From the human T2T-CHM13v2.0 reference genome, Homo sapiens, in assembly GCF_009914755.1 (NCBI RefSeq), contig NC_060938.1: a stretch of 64,000 bases of DNA, one strand, 5' to 3'. A program made the translations under genes and the position numbers. The notes under the pieces are model-generated. The model did no database searches. It saw nothing but the letters and a program-made list of their open reading frames with translations, and was not told the origin of the DNA. Each line of letters starts with the position of its first letter. Position 1 is the stretch's first letter. Shown here piece by piece: positions 15,224 to 28,838 of this stretch.

Positions 15224-16727
15224 GTAATCATGGTTTATAGAAATCACATTTTTTATAGATTAAAAAACTTAAAAATAAAAAAGTACTAAGTTAAAAAAAA
15301 CTCCACTAGGAGATTACTAAAACTGTAGGCCACATTCATCTTCCTACAATTCTTCACCCACAAAATAAAATCCAATTTAGGAGGCTCCATTAACTCTTTT
15401 AATATATTTCTAAATCTTAAATCTATATTTCAAAATGAACATGGTACTTCATATGGGCCCACTTTTCATAATTCTTTCAACTCAATGTTTTAGCCAAAAC
15501 TGCAAACATTTGAAATTTAATTTTGAATAAAAATTACAGCTTATGCACCAAGATAACATTAGAAAGTGTCTTCAGACATTTTATCAGGTATTTTCCTCAT
15601 TACACCCAACCAAACACAGAAAGAAATATATATTTTTGAAATGTCAATTACTGCTATGCTATCAAAAGCTGACATTTATTACAAATTTCTGAAATCCTTC
15701 ATAAGCAAGTATTTGATTAAACAAAAATGGAAAATGTTACTAGGAGATATAGTTTATACCTGGCTGTTGAGTACATTAGTATCAGAGAAATTCATGTAAC
15801 TATATTTAAACAGAACTTCAGTTTAGGGTCTTTTCAGACCACAATTATATAACTTGTTCAAAATCCCACTAGTTTCTTCTTAACAGTCTTGGTAAGAGAT
15901 GAAACTGATATACTTCAGAGGCCATTTCCCTAGGAGTACTGCTTTTAAAAATCATGCAAAACAAAAGCCAAATAGTGATGTTATATTTTAACCCAGGCTG
16001 CAGCTATTTGTGTTGATCTGAAAGCTTACAAGTAAATCCACTGTTAGGAATGAGCACTGTAAAAGCTATCAGCTATCAGCGTGAACCCTTCCATGGTTTC
16101 CTTTGATCACATGACATCATTATGATTTCCTTCTCCTTGCGTAAGTGGGTAAAGGTCAAGAAATGCCTAGGCAAATATGAAGAGAAGTTATTTTGGCATA
16201 GAATCTCATTTTTTACTACCAGCTCCTAACGTTTTTCTCACAATATGCATACCTATTAGCAGGAGATTGGATTTTTATTTATAGGTCCACATAAAGCTTC
16301 AAGGAAATAACCAGCATTAGTACCTCCTCACCTGAAAAAGGCTTAAGTAAACACTAATTAAAACATTTAGGATCTTAGTTGTATCAATACTTCTGTACCT
16401 GAAAGCTCTTTTAAATGTAAGGGTTTTCTTTTTATTGTTTTATTTACCTAGGATTCTAAGAAACTGAGAAGTCATAGCTTTCCCTTAAATTATACATCAT
16501 ACATACATTGTAAGAATATAGAAAATTAAATAAATCAAATAATTAAATATTAAGTTAAATGCATGACTACATATATTAAATTTGGAAATTCAAAGCATTA
16601 ATAGAACAGAGAAACCAGCTAAAACAAATTGTAGCTTTTAAAATAAACAATAAAGCCCGTTATTTATTATCTAAAAGCCAGTAAATACATTTACTTCTTT
16701 GGTACCCATTAAAATAGTTGCATTTGC

Positions 16728-17030
16728 AGAGGATGTTTAGGGCAGCGAAACTATACTATATTATAATGATGCATACATATCATCATATATTTGTCCTCTA
16801 GCATGTATAACACCAAGAGGGGACTCTAATGTAAACCATGAACTTTGGATGATAATGATGTTTCAGAGTAGGTTCATTGATTGTAACAAATGTACCATTG
16901 TGGTGCAGGATACTGATAGCCTGGGAGGCTGTTGAGGGCTTTGTCAGGGGAGAAAGGAAATCTCTATCTTCCTCTCAATTTTTCTGTTAACCTACAACTG
17001 CTCTAAAAAAAAAAGTCTATTTTTAAAAAC
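16728..17030 (+). mobile_element. L1MC-type 3' end fragment, antisense within the TC2N 3' UTR
   Basis: tttagggcagcgaaacta...acaccaagag...taatgtaaac...aacctacaactgctctaaaaaa. Confidence 0.8.
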
Positions 17031-18553
17031 AATTTTTAAAAGTTGTATTCGTCTCAGATTCAAAATATTATCACACAGGTGATTTATCTTAAAAATCCAT
17101 GTGAGTACTGACCTATATGTCATTTTTTGCAAATCTAAAACAAAAATATTTCAAAATGTTCAGTGGCAGAGAGTACTGGTACCACAAAATCAGAGCAGTA
17201 GAAGCAAAGGGGATATAAGATGTGGACATTTTGTAGCTTGAGGAGATGGCACCTAGGGAAAAGAGAATTAAGTGTTTATTTGGGAAAATGTTAATGATAT
17301 ACACAGAACATAGGAGCTGGAATAAAGAAGGCATGCTTAGGTTATAGCAAGGTATACTCCTGGCCTAAAATATCACCATCTTTCTCTGCATGCCTGGGAC
17401 AAAGTAAGAATGGGGGCAGAAAAAAAGGGAAGACTGAGAACACAGAGCACTTAGTCTACTTATTAGCAAAAATAAAGTGAGATTTTCTAAAATCAGGTAT
17501 AATGTCATCTGCCTCTCCAAAAAACTGTTCTTTTTGGCCACAGTTCTTATGGTCAATTAAGCTGAAATTATTTCCAAATACTGAGTTCTAATAAGTACTG
17601 GAAAGAAAACTGCAATAGAAAATATTTGTTACACAGTATAATCAGGTATGGTTATGAAAAAAATGAGAAAATACTCAAACACGGTAAATTATAGAATAAT
17701 CTAAATTTTAAAAACTAAAAACGAAGTGATTATCATAAAATACTGAATTTTCTATTTAAGCTCATTTAATTCTGTGAATTAGGATGGACCATATGGATGA
17801 TACTCTTATTTTAACTCCAAATAAAACAAATAGTAAAATATTTGAGGGAAGAAAACAGCAAAGTATGTATATTCTGGGTTTCCAATTAAACTTCAACCTT
17901 CTGGTGTTTTCAATTATTCCTGCCAAAATGTAGTTTTCTATTTCTGAAGTTTTTTGGAGATAAGTAGCTTACAAAGGGATAATGTGATGTCTTATGGGTA
18001 AAAAAATTATAAAACACAGGGCACAAACTTTCTCCAAATATAGAAAATAGTTGAAATGGTTCAATTCATTTTTACCGGGAGAAAATACATAGCAAGAGGT
18101 AAACAGTGGAGCCAAGACCTAATCAATAATGCCTAGCACTGAAATAATGGTAAAGTCTTCTAAATGCCAATAGTACTAACAGAGACTTGATATACCAGGT
18201 TTTGAATATCTAAGTAAAGCTTAAAATACAAAAGCAAAAACATAATATAGAAAGAACTATCTATGGTTGATATTCTCACAGACTTTATAATTTATTTAGT
18301 CATCCTAATAATACTTTGATTTTACTGTCTGTGTCTCTTGTTGCAGTTTTAAAACATTTCCTTTACTTTGGATATCTGATAAAATTCATTACATTTTCTT
18401 ATCAAATTTTCTATCAGATACATTATATACCATAATTATAGCCCCCATAAATTGACAAATTTGTTGATTTGCCTCTTCTCATTGGTAGCAAATTGAAATC
18501 ATAAGTCTTCTAAAAGAATGTCAAGTTCTTCACCAAATTAATGTGTGAAGTCT

Positions 18554-18727
<174 letters not shown>

Positions 18728-20525
18728 TTAGTTACTCTTACTGATGGAAGAAATTTGGAAGTTTGCTTTACATATTTTAAATTAAACATCTTTCTTTTTT
18801 CCAAAAGTCAGATTGATTTCTCTATTTGACATTTAAATGCTAAAACATTTAACCTGCTTAGTCATTCTGAAGACTAGTTTATAAGGTTCAGTTCAAAAAT
18901 TCAAGGTGAAATATTACAAAATCATTTCCCCTAGAACAGTTATTAGTATCCTTTCCTATTCAACAAATCTAGGAGCTCAACTTAAAACTGATCCCAACCA
19001 CTCAAAAATATTTTTGTAAGGATAATTAAACTGAGGCTAATCATGATTCAAATTAGATTGGTAAGGAATGTGCATTTTAAATCACCTTTTACAAGAAATA
19101 AAGTGTAATCTTAATTAAAATCTAATAGTCATTCTTGATCAATAGTAATTTCATAGTACCCATCACTTATGTAACTTAAATACTACATGTGAATGTATAC
19201 ATAGTATTATGCAAATTGTACAAAAGACATCACAATAATTATATTATTATGAAGACAAGGAATAAAAAAACTTGAATTTTCATCTTACCTCTAGCACTAA
19301 CAAATGCTTTTACCTTGAAGTTAACTTCTCTGAGATTCAGTTTCTAAGAGATTGGAGCAGGTCATTGGTTTCAACCTTTTTCCTTTTCTTTCTTGGTCTA
19401 AAGAACCTTCCTTTCAAATGAAATCTTACAAATAATCCCAGTATGTAAAACAGACATTAGAGTACTTTCGTTGATACAGGGGTGGAAGACCTTGAGTTCC
19501 CCTTTGGCTACCCCATCATAGTTCCTCCTAAGGCTATACCAGATAAGCCATACGGAGCAGATGACCAGCAAGAACCTTTCCAGAATTATTATTCTAACTA
19601 GAATCTTAGCCAAGAGAATGGAATCACCACAAATGTTATCATGAAAATCATCTCAAGTAAATTTCCTATTCCATTCATACCGTTAAGTTGAGGCTCGATG
19701 ATATACGAAAACTTTAACTGAATTGACTTCATAAAGGCTTAATGGTCTTCAAAATTATGCTGGTTATATGAATTCTTAAATTCAAGCTCTTTTCCAAATA
19801 ATAAATGATAAAACAACATTTTAATTAGTATTTTACGTAAAAATATATATTAAAAAGTAAATCAAGGAGCTGATATCAATGTTTGAAAATTCATATATAA
19901 TTTGAGGATTTCATGTAGACTGTTAATAATATCTTGTCAAGTTGAAGCTTTTAAACCAATAATATAGATTTTGGAATTTAAATGTGGTTCAAACAATCGT
20001 AATTAAGGTAAAAGATAATGGACAGCTACCACTAGTCTATTCAGAGTAAGGAAAGGAAACAAGTTCCTAGAGGACTGGCAAGTTAACAAGTGTTATGTTG
20101 TTTTATACAAATTGTACCAAGATTTTAAAATAATCCAGACAGTAGTATTAACTAAATAATATCACAACCACTGTTAAAATGGACATGTTCTAGGAATTCA
20201 AAACTAACTCAGGTAAGAGAATATAAAAAGTGCCCATGTTAAACATTAAATCAAAGATTAAACAAAATAAATTTGATACTCGAAGACTTAAGAAATTGAT
20301 TTAAATACTTAATGTTCCCTCCTTCCACAAGGAACAAGTCAGTAGTACTGAAAAATTGATAATTCTCATCGTTTTTGAAGTAAAAAAGCTCAGAAAAAAA
20401 CATATTTAAAGATAAACCTGATTGCTCAGAAATTCCAACTATTTGTATTAAAGCAAAAAGTCTGACAAGTTTTGATTTTTGTAGCAATTGAATTTTGATT
20501 TATGATGCTGAAGAACTGTACTCTA

Positions 20526-20837
<312 letters not shown>

Positions 20838-21689
20838 TTATAAAATGTTATTCAAAATACCATATAAAGATGTGTATATACACATCCAAGTTGGAATATA
20901 TATATATAACATTTATTGTAAAAAATATAGATAAGTCACTTTTAAATGTTTGATGAGCTACGACCATAACAGAAAACAGTTCTAATCAACTTTATAACTT
21001 TGGCCATACTTTACTACTGTAACTTTAAATGAACTTAATCTTTCTGTGGCTGAATGCCATTAAAGACTGGAAATGGAGGCATAAACAACAATCACAGTAA
21101 AAGAGTGCACACTGAAAAGGATCACACTAAAGAGAGGTGCCAATCTTTTGGACAGCTGGAGGTATTTATTTCACAATTATATAGGTAAAATATAAAAGAC
21201 TCCAGGAGTTAAGTATATGCCCACTAGATAAAATCTGTACTTTAAATTTGAGATGTATAGAGCTTCCAGTAATGGCAGAATAGCTTGTATAAACTAACCT
21301 TCCCATAAACAACTATTATAAACTTTGGAAAAAAATTTTAAAACACTAAAAGCAGAAAGAAACTGGAGGGAAGTCAACTGGTAAAAGACGGGAACTTCAC
21401 TGGGTAAAATTCAGGTTGATATAGCTTTTCACCTAAGCATACTCCCCTATCTGACTGACACACAGTGCCTACAGCTCAAGCAGAAAGTACAGTCTGACTA
21501 ATTGGAGGTGACAGAGCTGGGGTGCCAGGGAAGCAAGAAAGTGAGAACTCCCAGAAAGGTGGGAGCCACAGTGAGGGCTGAGATCCGACCGTCAGATTGA
21601 TAGAATGAAGAGTTGTGGTCATCCTGATAAGCTGTTTTAAGGGAAGCCCGTCATAAACAGCATCTGTTGTCCTTGTTTCCTAGAATTAA

Positions 21690-22420
21690 TTATATATAGT
21701 TCTGATGATTTATTCCAAGTTAGGTTTTATTTGCTCATTTTTCTTTTAGGATTCTCCATCTATCTACACAGGTGACATTAGTCTATAATTACTTTTTGTG
21801 TGTGCTATCCATTCTGTTTTAGTATCAAGAATATGCTGACCTCACAAAATTACTTTTTCCATCTTCTTTTCATGCTTTGGAACAGCTTATATACAACAGA
21901 AATTACATGTTCCTTGAAAATTTGGTAGAATCTCCCAGTACAATTACCTTGGTCTAGTGCTTTTATTAGAGGCAGTTCTTTAACTACCTTTTCATGCTTA
22001 TTCTTTTATTCGGATTTTCTTCCTCTTCTTAAGATTCTACTTTCAACTGCTGAATTTCTCAGAAAGTCATTTATTTTACATAGATACCCAAATAAATCGG
22101 TATAGCTATATATGGTATTGCTTTATACATGATAGAATCTCTTCTGAATTTGAAATTATATCCTCTTCATTGCTCAGAATATCATTCATGTTTTCTCTAT
22201 TTTTTCACTTGATCTCACCTTCTATAGATGTGTCTATTTTAATGATTCTTTCAAAGAAGCAGCTTTTAGTTTTATTGATTATGCCTTTTGTGGTTGTCTC
22301 CATATCTGTCACCTTCAACTTTAGCTTTAATACCTTACTCTAATTTCTTTGGGTTTGTTGTTTTTCTAGCTTCTTGAATTGAATGCTCAGTTTCATTTAT
22401 TTTTAGTCTTTCTAGTTACG
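21690..22420 (-). mobile_element. Old L1M fragment
   Basis: T-rich decayed L1-like sequence (ttggtagaatctcccagt...tggtctagtgcttt). Confidence 0.6.
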
Positions 22421-22943
22421 GTGAACATGCATTGCTTTTGCCTGCCCCCATACAGTTCCCTTCTTTTAGTAGGGAAAAGGGGCACTTCTGCCCACTCAAA
22501 TCTCTGGGACTAGACAACCAAAGTATCACAACTCCTGGTTGTAGACAAAACACAGGGAGAGAAAAGTGTTTCTAGGTTTGTTTTTGATATATATATTTTT
22601 TACAATTAAGTTTCTAGTTAGCAGGGCATTCCACAAAGGGCACAGACCTAGAGAGAGGATAAATCATTTCAGGTGGTAAAATATAACTGAAAATCCTCTA
22701 GACATTCAACCTGTATGAACTGATGAGCTAAATAAAAAACAGTATCAAAGGCAGAGAGGTCATAACTGGATAACACTCAAGAGACCACTGTATTAAGGTA
22801 GACACAATGGCTAAAATTTGAAATCTTATAATTTTAAATTTAAAGTAAATAAGTTAAATAATAAAAGTTACTAAGATTTTAATCTCCATTGTAAGAAATG
22901 TAAAAAAAATACTTTCTATTACTAATACTTTCTGAAGATTCTA

Positions 22944-23099
<156 letters not shown>

Positions 23100-24767
23100 T
23101 CATTTGGTAGTTAAGAATAAAGTTTTTGAAACAATTCAAAAATTAAAAGATAAAAAGCTAAGGTTAGAAATTTTGAAAGTATTCCTTTCAAATGATATTC
23201 AAAACTATAAGTTACAAGACAAAGTTATGAAGATAAATATCATGAATTCTTTAAAGTACTCATTTGCATGGATTCTGAAAATACAGGTTATATCTATGTA
23301 CTGAAACTTCAAAATCTGTGACACCTAGAGCCAATTCAAATTAAAAGCAAATTAAATTAATAAGCAGTATCACTGAAGAAAATGCCAGTGAAATTAACAC
23401 AAAAGGAATACACTTTCAAAACAACTAAATGTAGTCAAATTATTTTTAGAGAACACACGAAATATGATTAAAAAGTTACATATGAAAATCATCATTATTT
23501 TCTAATTATGGAGATCAGAGTAGGTGCTACCACAATCAGAAGACAGCAATAAACAGATCTGTGGATTAAGAGTGAATTACTATGCTGAATGGAAGCAAGC
23601 TAAAGAAAGCTGGCAAGAAGGAAGCTAGTCAAAGTGATGAGGCAGTAAATAATAAGGAAAAGGTCAAAGAAAACCTGAGGCAAACAGCAAAATGAAGGAG
23701 ACTTAGAGAAGAGGAAAAATTAAAATGTGTTCTTCAGTACTGCTGACCAACAGCAGAAGAAAGTTGGTTATTTGTCTGTGAAATACAACACAAGCCAGAC
23801 TACTTAGGTGGATTCCAAGGTCCTTGGACTGAAAAATAAAAGGGAGAATGGTTGTCCAAACACAAAAACACTATTGTTTACATGTTGAAAAGAGTAAGAA
23901 TAGGAATAAAGTAGGAACATAATGTTCACAGATCATACTAGGGCTCAGCATAGACAGACACAAAGTCTTTGTTAGTACTGATTCCAATAAAGTTACAGAA
24001 CAACTGAATGACACTTGATGAAGACATTTATATTTGACATTGCTCAGTATTCCCCAATAACTGGCTCATAGCTCATTGGGAAAAACAACAACAACAAAAA
24101 AACAACAAAAACCCCAACCTCTCCATATACATAACATTGACAGAAGCTTGGTGTTTTCTTAAAATATGATTCTGTATTTCAAACCAGTCATGCCATAAGA
24201 AATGAAGAGATAGAAAAGGAAAAGTGAATTGCTTAACAAGTACAAACTCAACTGTTGGAATTTAATTTCCCCTTGAAAAGGTCTAAATTGATGATAAAAC
24301 TTGTTATTTGGCAACAAATGCTGACTTCTAATAAATAAGTTAATTTATTGCTTTTGACTGTAATCAGAATGAGAATGAACTAACAACTTTTCACATGAAC
24401 TAATTTGGTAGCCATAAAAAAAAACCTTTGCTGATTGAAAAAAAATTGCTGTCCTTGGCATTTAAAAAATATATTTTAAAAGATAGAGTCATACTGTTTA
24501 TAAAACACAAGGGAAATCATGGTTAAATTTTTTTATTATTTTTTATTACAGTTTTGTACCCACAATGTAATAACACTTATGAAAACACGTAAAGGTGGCA
24601 AAACGTCTCTTATTGTTACACAATTGTAGAGTTCACTCTCATAAAACAGAGCAGCATTTGGCAATAGGCTTACCATTTCCCACTTGCCAAGGTTATTTCA
24701 CAAATTCAATTCATGTTCCAGGACATTAATTCAGATCATGAAAAACTGTTCAAAGAGTTAAACTATT

Positions 24768-25084
24768 GGCCAGGTGCGGTGGCTCACGCATGTAATCCCA
24801 GCACTTTGGGAGGCCGAGGCAGGCGGATCACGAGGTCAGATCGAGACCACCCTGGCTAACACGGTGAAACCCTGTCTCTACTAAAAAAAAAAAAAGAAGA
24901 AGAAAAAGAAAAAATTAGCCACCCGTGGTGGCTGATACCTGTAGTCCCAGCTACTTAGGAGGCTGAGGCAGGAGAATGGAGTGAACCCAGGAGGCGGAGC
25001 TTGCAGTGAGCCGAGATTGCACCACTGCACTCCAGCCTGGGCGACAGAGAGAGACTCCATCTCAAAAACAAAAAACAAAAAAAA
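24768..25084 (+). mobile_element. AluY-like with expanded A-rich linker, flanked by a 125-bp direct repeat
   Basis: ctggctaacacggtg and ggcggagcttgcag diagnostics; repeat copies at 24643-24767 and 25085-25209. Confidence 0.95.
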
Positions 25085-25424
25085 AAAACAGAGCAGCATT
25101 TGGCAATAGGCTTACCATTTCCTACTTGCCAAGGTTATTTCACAAATTCAATTCATGTTCCAGGACATTAATTCAGATCATGAAAAACTATTCAAAGATT
25201 TAAACTATTTAAATCTCATAATAACCAAAAAATTAAAATTCCAATCAATTAGCAGTTATGTATTGACTGCATTTAATAAGCACAAAACTGCTCCTGAATA
25301 ATGTATCCTTTTATTCAGAAAAGAAAACATTGTTAGCCTTCCTGGAAGGGTTGAAATGAAATGCTGAGCATCATTAGAGAACATCACGATCTGGTGATGT
25401 TTGAGAATATCTTCTTAGCGGGGC

Positions 25425-25625
25425 AATACATGGTAGAGTTAAAAGAGCTGGGTTTGGAATCAGACTGCCTCCATTCAAATCCTGACTCCCCAACTACTGG
25501 CTGTATAACCTCAGGCAAGTGTTCCCCTGATCTCCACAAAACGGATAAAGAACAACACGGTGATAATTAGATCATTAGATCACGTAGCATTGAGGCAGCC
25601 GTAAGATAAATCTCTGTAAATGCTA
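25425..25625 (+). mobile_element. MIR
   Basis: tttggaatcagactgcc...ttcaaatcctgactcc...ctggctgtataacctcaggcaagt core. Confidence 0.8.
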
Positions 25626-26301
25626 GCTATTTCTTCAGGAAAACGTATTTCTTCCACATTATTCAATACCGAAATTTGAGATGTGAAGTAATTATTTACA
25701 TTACTATTTGTCAAGGTCAAGGACTCTTTATTGAGTAAAAACCCGAAAGTTGTGCTGTTCATGGTGAAACAGTTGTCAGTGTGGATGGGAAAGTACGGCT
25801 CTTTAGACATCACTATTAGAATATTTATTTTCCTCTTCAACACATTAAAACAAAGCATACTATTATTGCTTTAGCCAATAATATGAAACATTCACACTTA
25901 TTAACATAAACTCACTGGTCCAGCATAGCCCAAACACTCTTCTTTCAGGTTATCAATCTATAACCCTAGCACCTGGCATTCAGAAAATACACAAATATTT
26001 ATAAAATCTCTGATACATGAAATATGATTTAGTAGAAATTTAGCCATAATTATTCATTCATATTTTCCAACGCAGATAATAATATCTTAATTCCCCAGAA
26101 AATCCCTGAGTTCTCTTCTTATATACTCTGTTTTTAAAGTTTTAATATATGAATTATCTATTTGAATAGTCTATTTGTGCCTTCTGTAAACTATGGCTGC
26201 AGATTACTACCTACTAAGCTAGTGTCAAAAATGCCAGTGACAAACTCCTGTCATAGTTACAGAACAGCACATTGGGGGTTGAGATAAAGAATAATAGGCA
26301 A

Positions 26302-26592
26302 GGCTGGGCGCAGTGGCTCATGCCTGCAATCCCAGCAAATTTGGGAGGCCGAGGCAGGAGGACTGTTTGAACTGAGGAGTTTGATACCAGAAAGGGCAAT
26401 ATAGCAAGACCCCTTATCTCTACTAAAAATTTAAAAAATTAGCTGGGCATGGTGGTGTGCCTGTAGTCCTAGCTACTCAGGAGGCTGACATGGGAGGATT
26501 GCTTGGTCGGGGAGATGGAGGAGGTAGTGAGCTGTGATTGCGTACCATACTCCATGCTGGGCTACAGAGCTTTCTGTCTTCCTCAAAAAAAA
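26302..26592 (+). mobile_element. AluJ
   Basis: Diverged dimer with ggaggattgcttg. Confidence 0.9.
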
Positions 26593-26684
26593 GGGGAAGG
26601 GAAGGGAGGGGAAGGGAAGGGAAGGGAAAGGAGGGGAGGGGAGGGGAGGGGAGAAGAGGGGAGGGGAGGGAAGGGAAGGGAAGG
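26593..26684 (+). repeat. (GGGAA/GGGGA)n purine microsatellite at the Alu tail
   Basis: Directly visible pentamer array. Confidence 0.95.
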
Positions 26685-27282
26685 GTAGATACATGTTTCT
26701 GCCCCATATCCCCCAAAATTCTAATTTTTTTTAGTTTATGTATGGGCATTTTTTTAAAGCTCCCAGATGATTCTAATGTATACCCAGAGTTAAGAAGCAC
26801 TTCCAGTCACCTTAAATATTTTTGGAAACAGGTAAAATATAAATCCCATACAAATTTAAAACCGCATATAGGTTTGACCTTACAAAAGCTTAAGACTGAT
26901 TTTTATAAACATTATCCTAACATTCAATCTATACAATTTAATTAGAAATTCCTAAACAATTTAAAAACAGTGTTCAGTTGGCTGAGAAGCAAATAGCAAG
27001 TCCCAATCAGCACCATTAGGTAATAAAGCTTTTTACAGAAAAAAAAAATCAGCTGTAAAAACTTCTAATCAATTTATGAGCTGCTGTATAGCTTACTCAT
27101 GGTTAAAACAACTTTCCTAATCTATTTCAGGGCAATCTCTGATTGAGTGTGGAATTTATGATTCTTTCTTGTTTTTCCTAAGTTATCAGCTACCTAAAAA
27201 AACTTAAAAAAAAAAAGGTTATTCATACTTCAGAGTTATTTCCCTTGAAGTATAAAACATTAATAAGAAATGTGCCAGGAGA

Positions 27283-28075
<793 letters not shown>

Positions 28076-28838
28076 TTATTTTATATTTAGGAAAGGTATA
28101 TTCAATTCTTTTTACAACAAAACATCTTTTTAATGTGAATGAAAATAAGAATGGCAATGACTTGTTTTTCTAGAGTTTATCCTGGGTTCTACCTTTCTTA
28201 ATTTCACAAATCATCCTTTAAATTATTTAGGAATTCAGGTCATATTAACACCATGCTCACCACAATACAGCTTTTTCCCTTTTTGAAAATTAATTGTTTT
28301 TCCATCTTTGGTTCTGGCATCTTTCCTGTTATCAATACCATTCTTCAACAGTTCAGGAGAGTGGTGCAAGAATCTCATATGCAAGCACTCTCTTGTTCAT
28401 AGTATCTAACTTGTTCACATAAAGAGACTTGAATTGTTTCTTTAAAGGAGTTATTTTTTGTCTAAAGAATCTTCCCATCTATCTCAGGCTTCAATTTCTC
28501 TTTTGGTGACATTTATTCCACCCTTTCCGATCTGAAAATCTAACTCCTTGATAGAGAAGACAAAGGAAAATATGAATTTAAAATTATATCTTCTCTCCTA
28601 AGCACCCATCTCAGTCAGCAAGTCACTGTTTTCTAGCCTCAGAACATTTTTAAATGCTCTTGTTACTTTTAATATTTTTAAATCGTTGGCTTACTATGGG
28701 CTAACATATTCTTGACACTAGACGGTTCTTTGCCATACACTTCCTTCTTTCCATCTTTAATGCATCCATTTAGAAAGGAGCTTTTATTCCTTTTGAAAAG
28801 GCAGGATATCTGGGCAACTAGCATAAATATTTTGAATA

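Larger units (their letters stand above)
15200..18553 (-). other. TC2N: TC2N 3' UTR (~3.3 kb, AT-rich)
   Basis: Follows the stop codon and is mostly repeat-poor down to AATAAA (15223-15218) and ATTAAA (15210-15205); the exact end is inferred. Confidence 0.7.

Noticed and set aside
24643-25209. Repeat-spacer-repeat pattern as CRISPR-like or LTR pair
   Set aside because: Eukaryotic DNA, only two copies, no TG...CA ends; better explained as an Alu target duplication.
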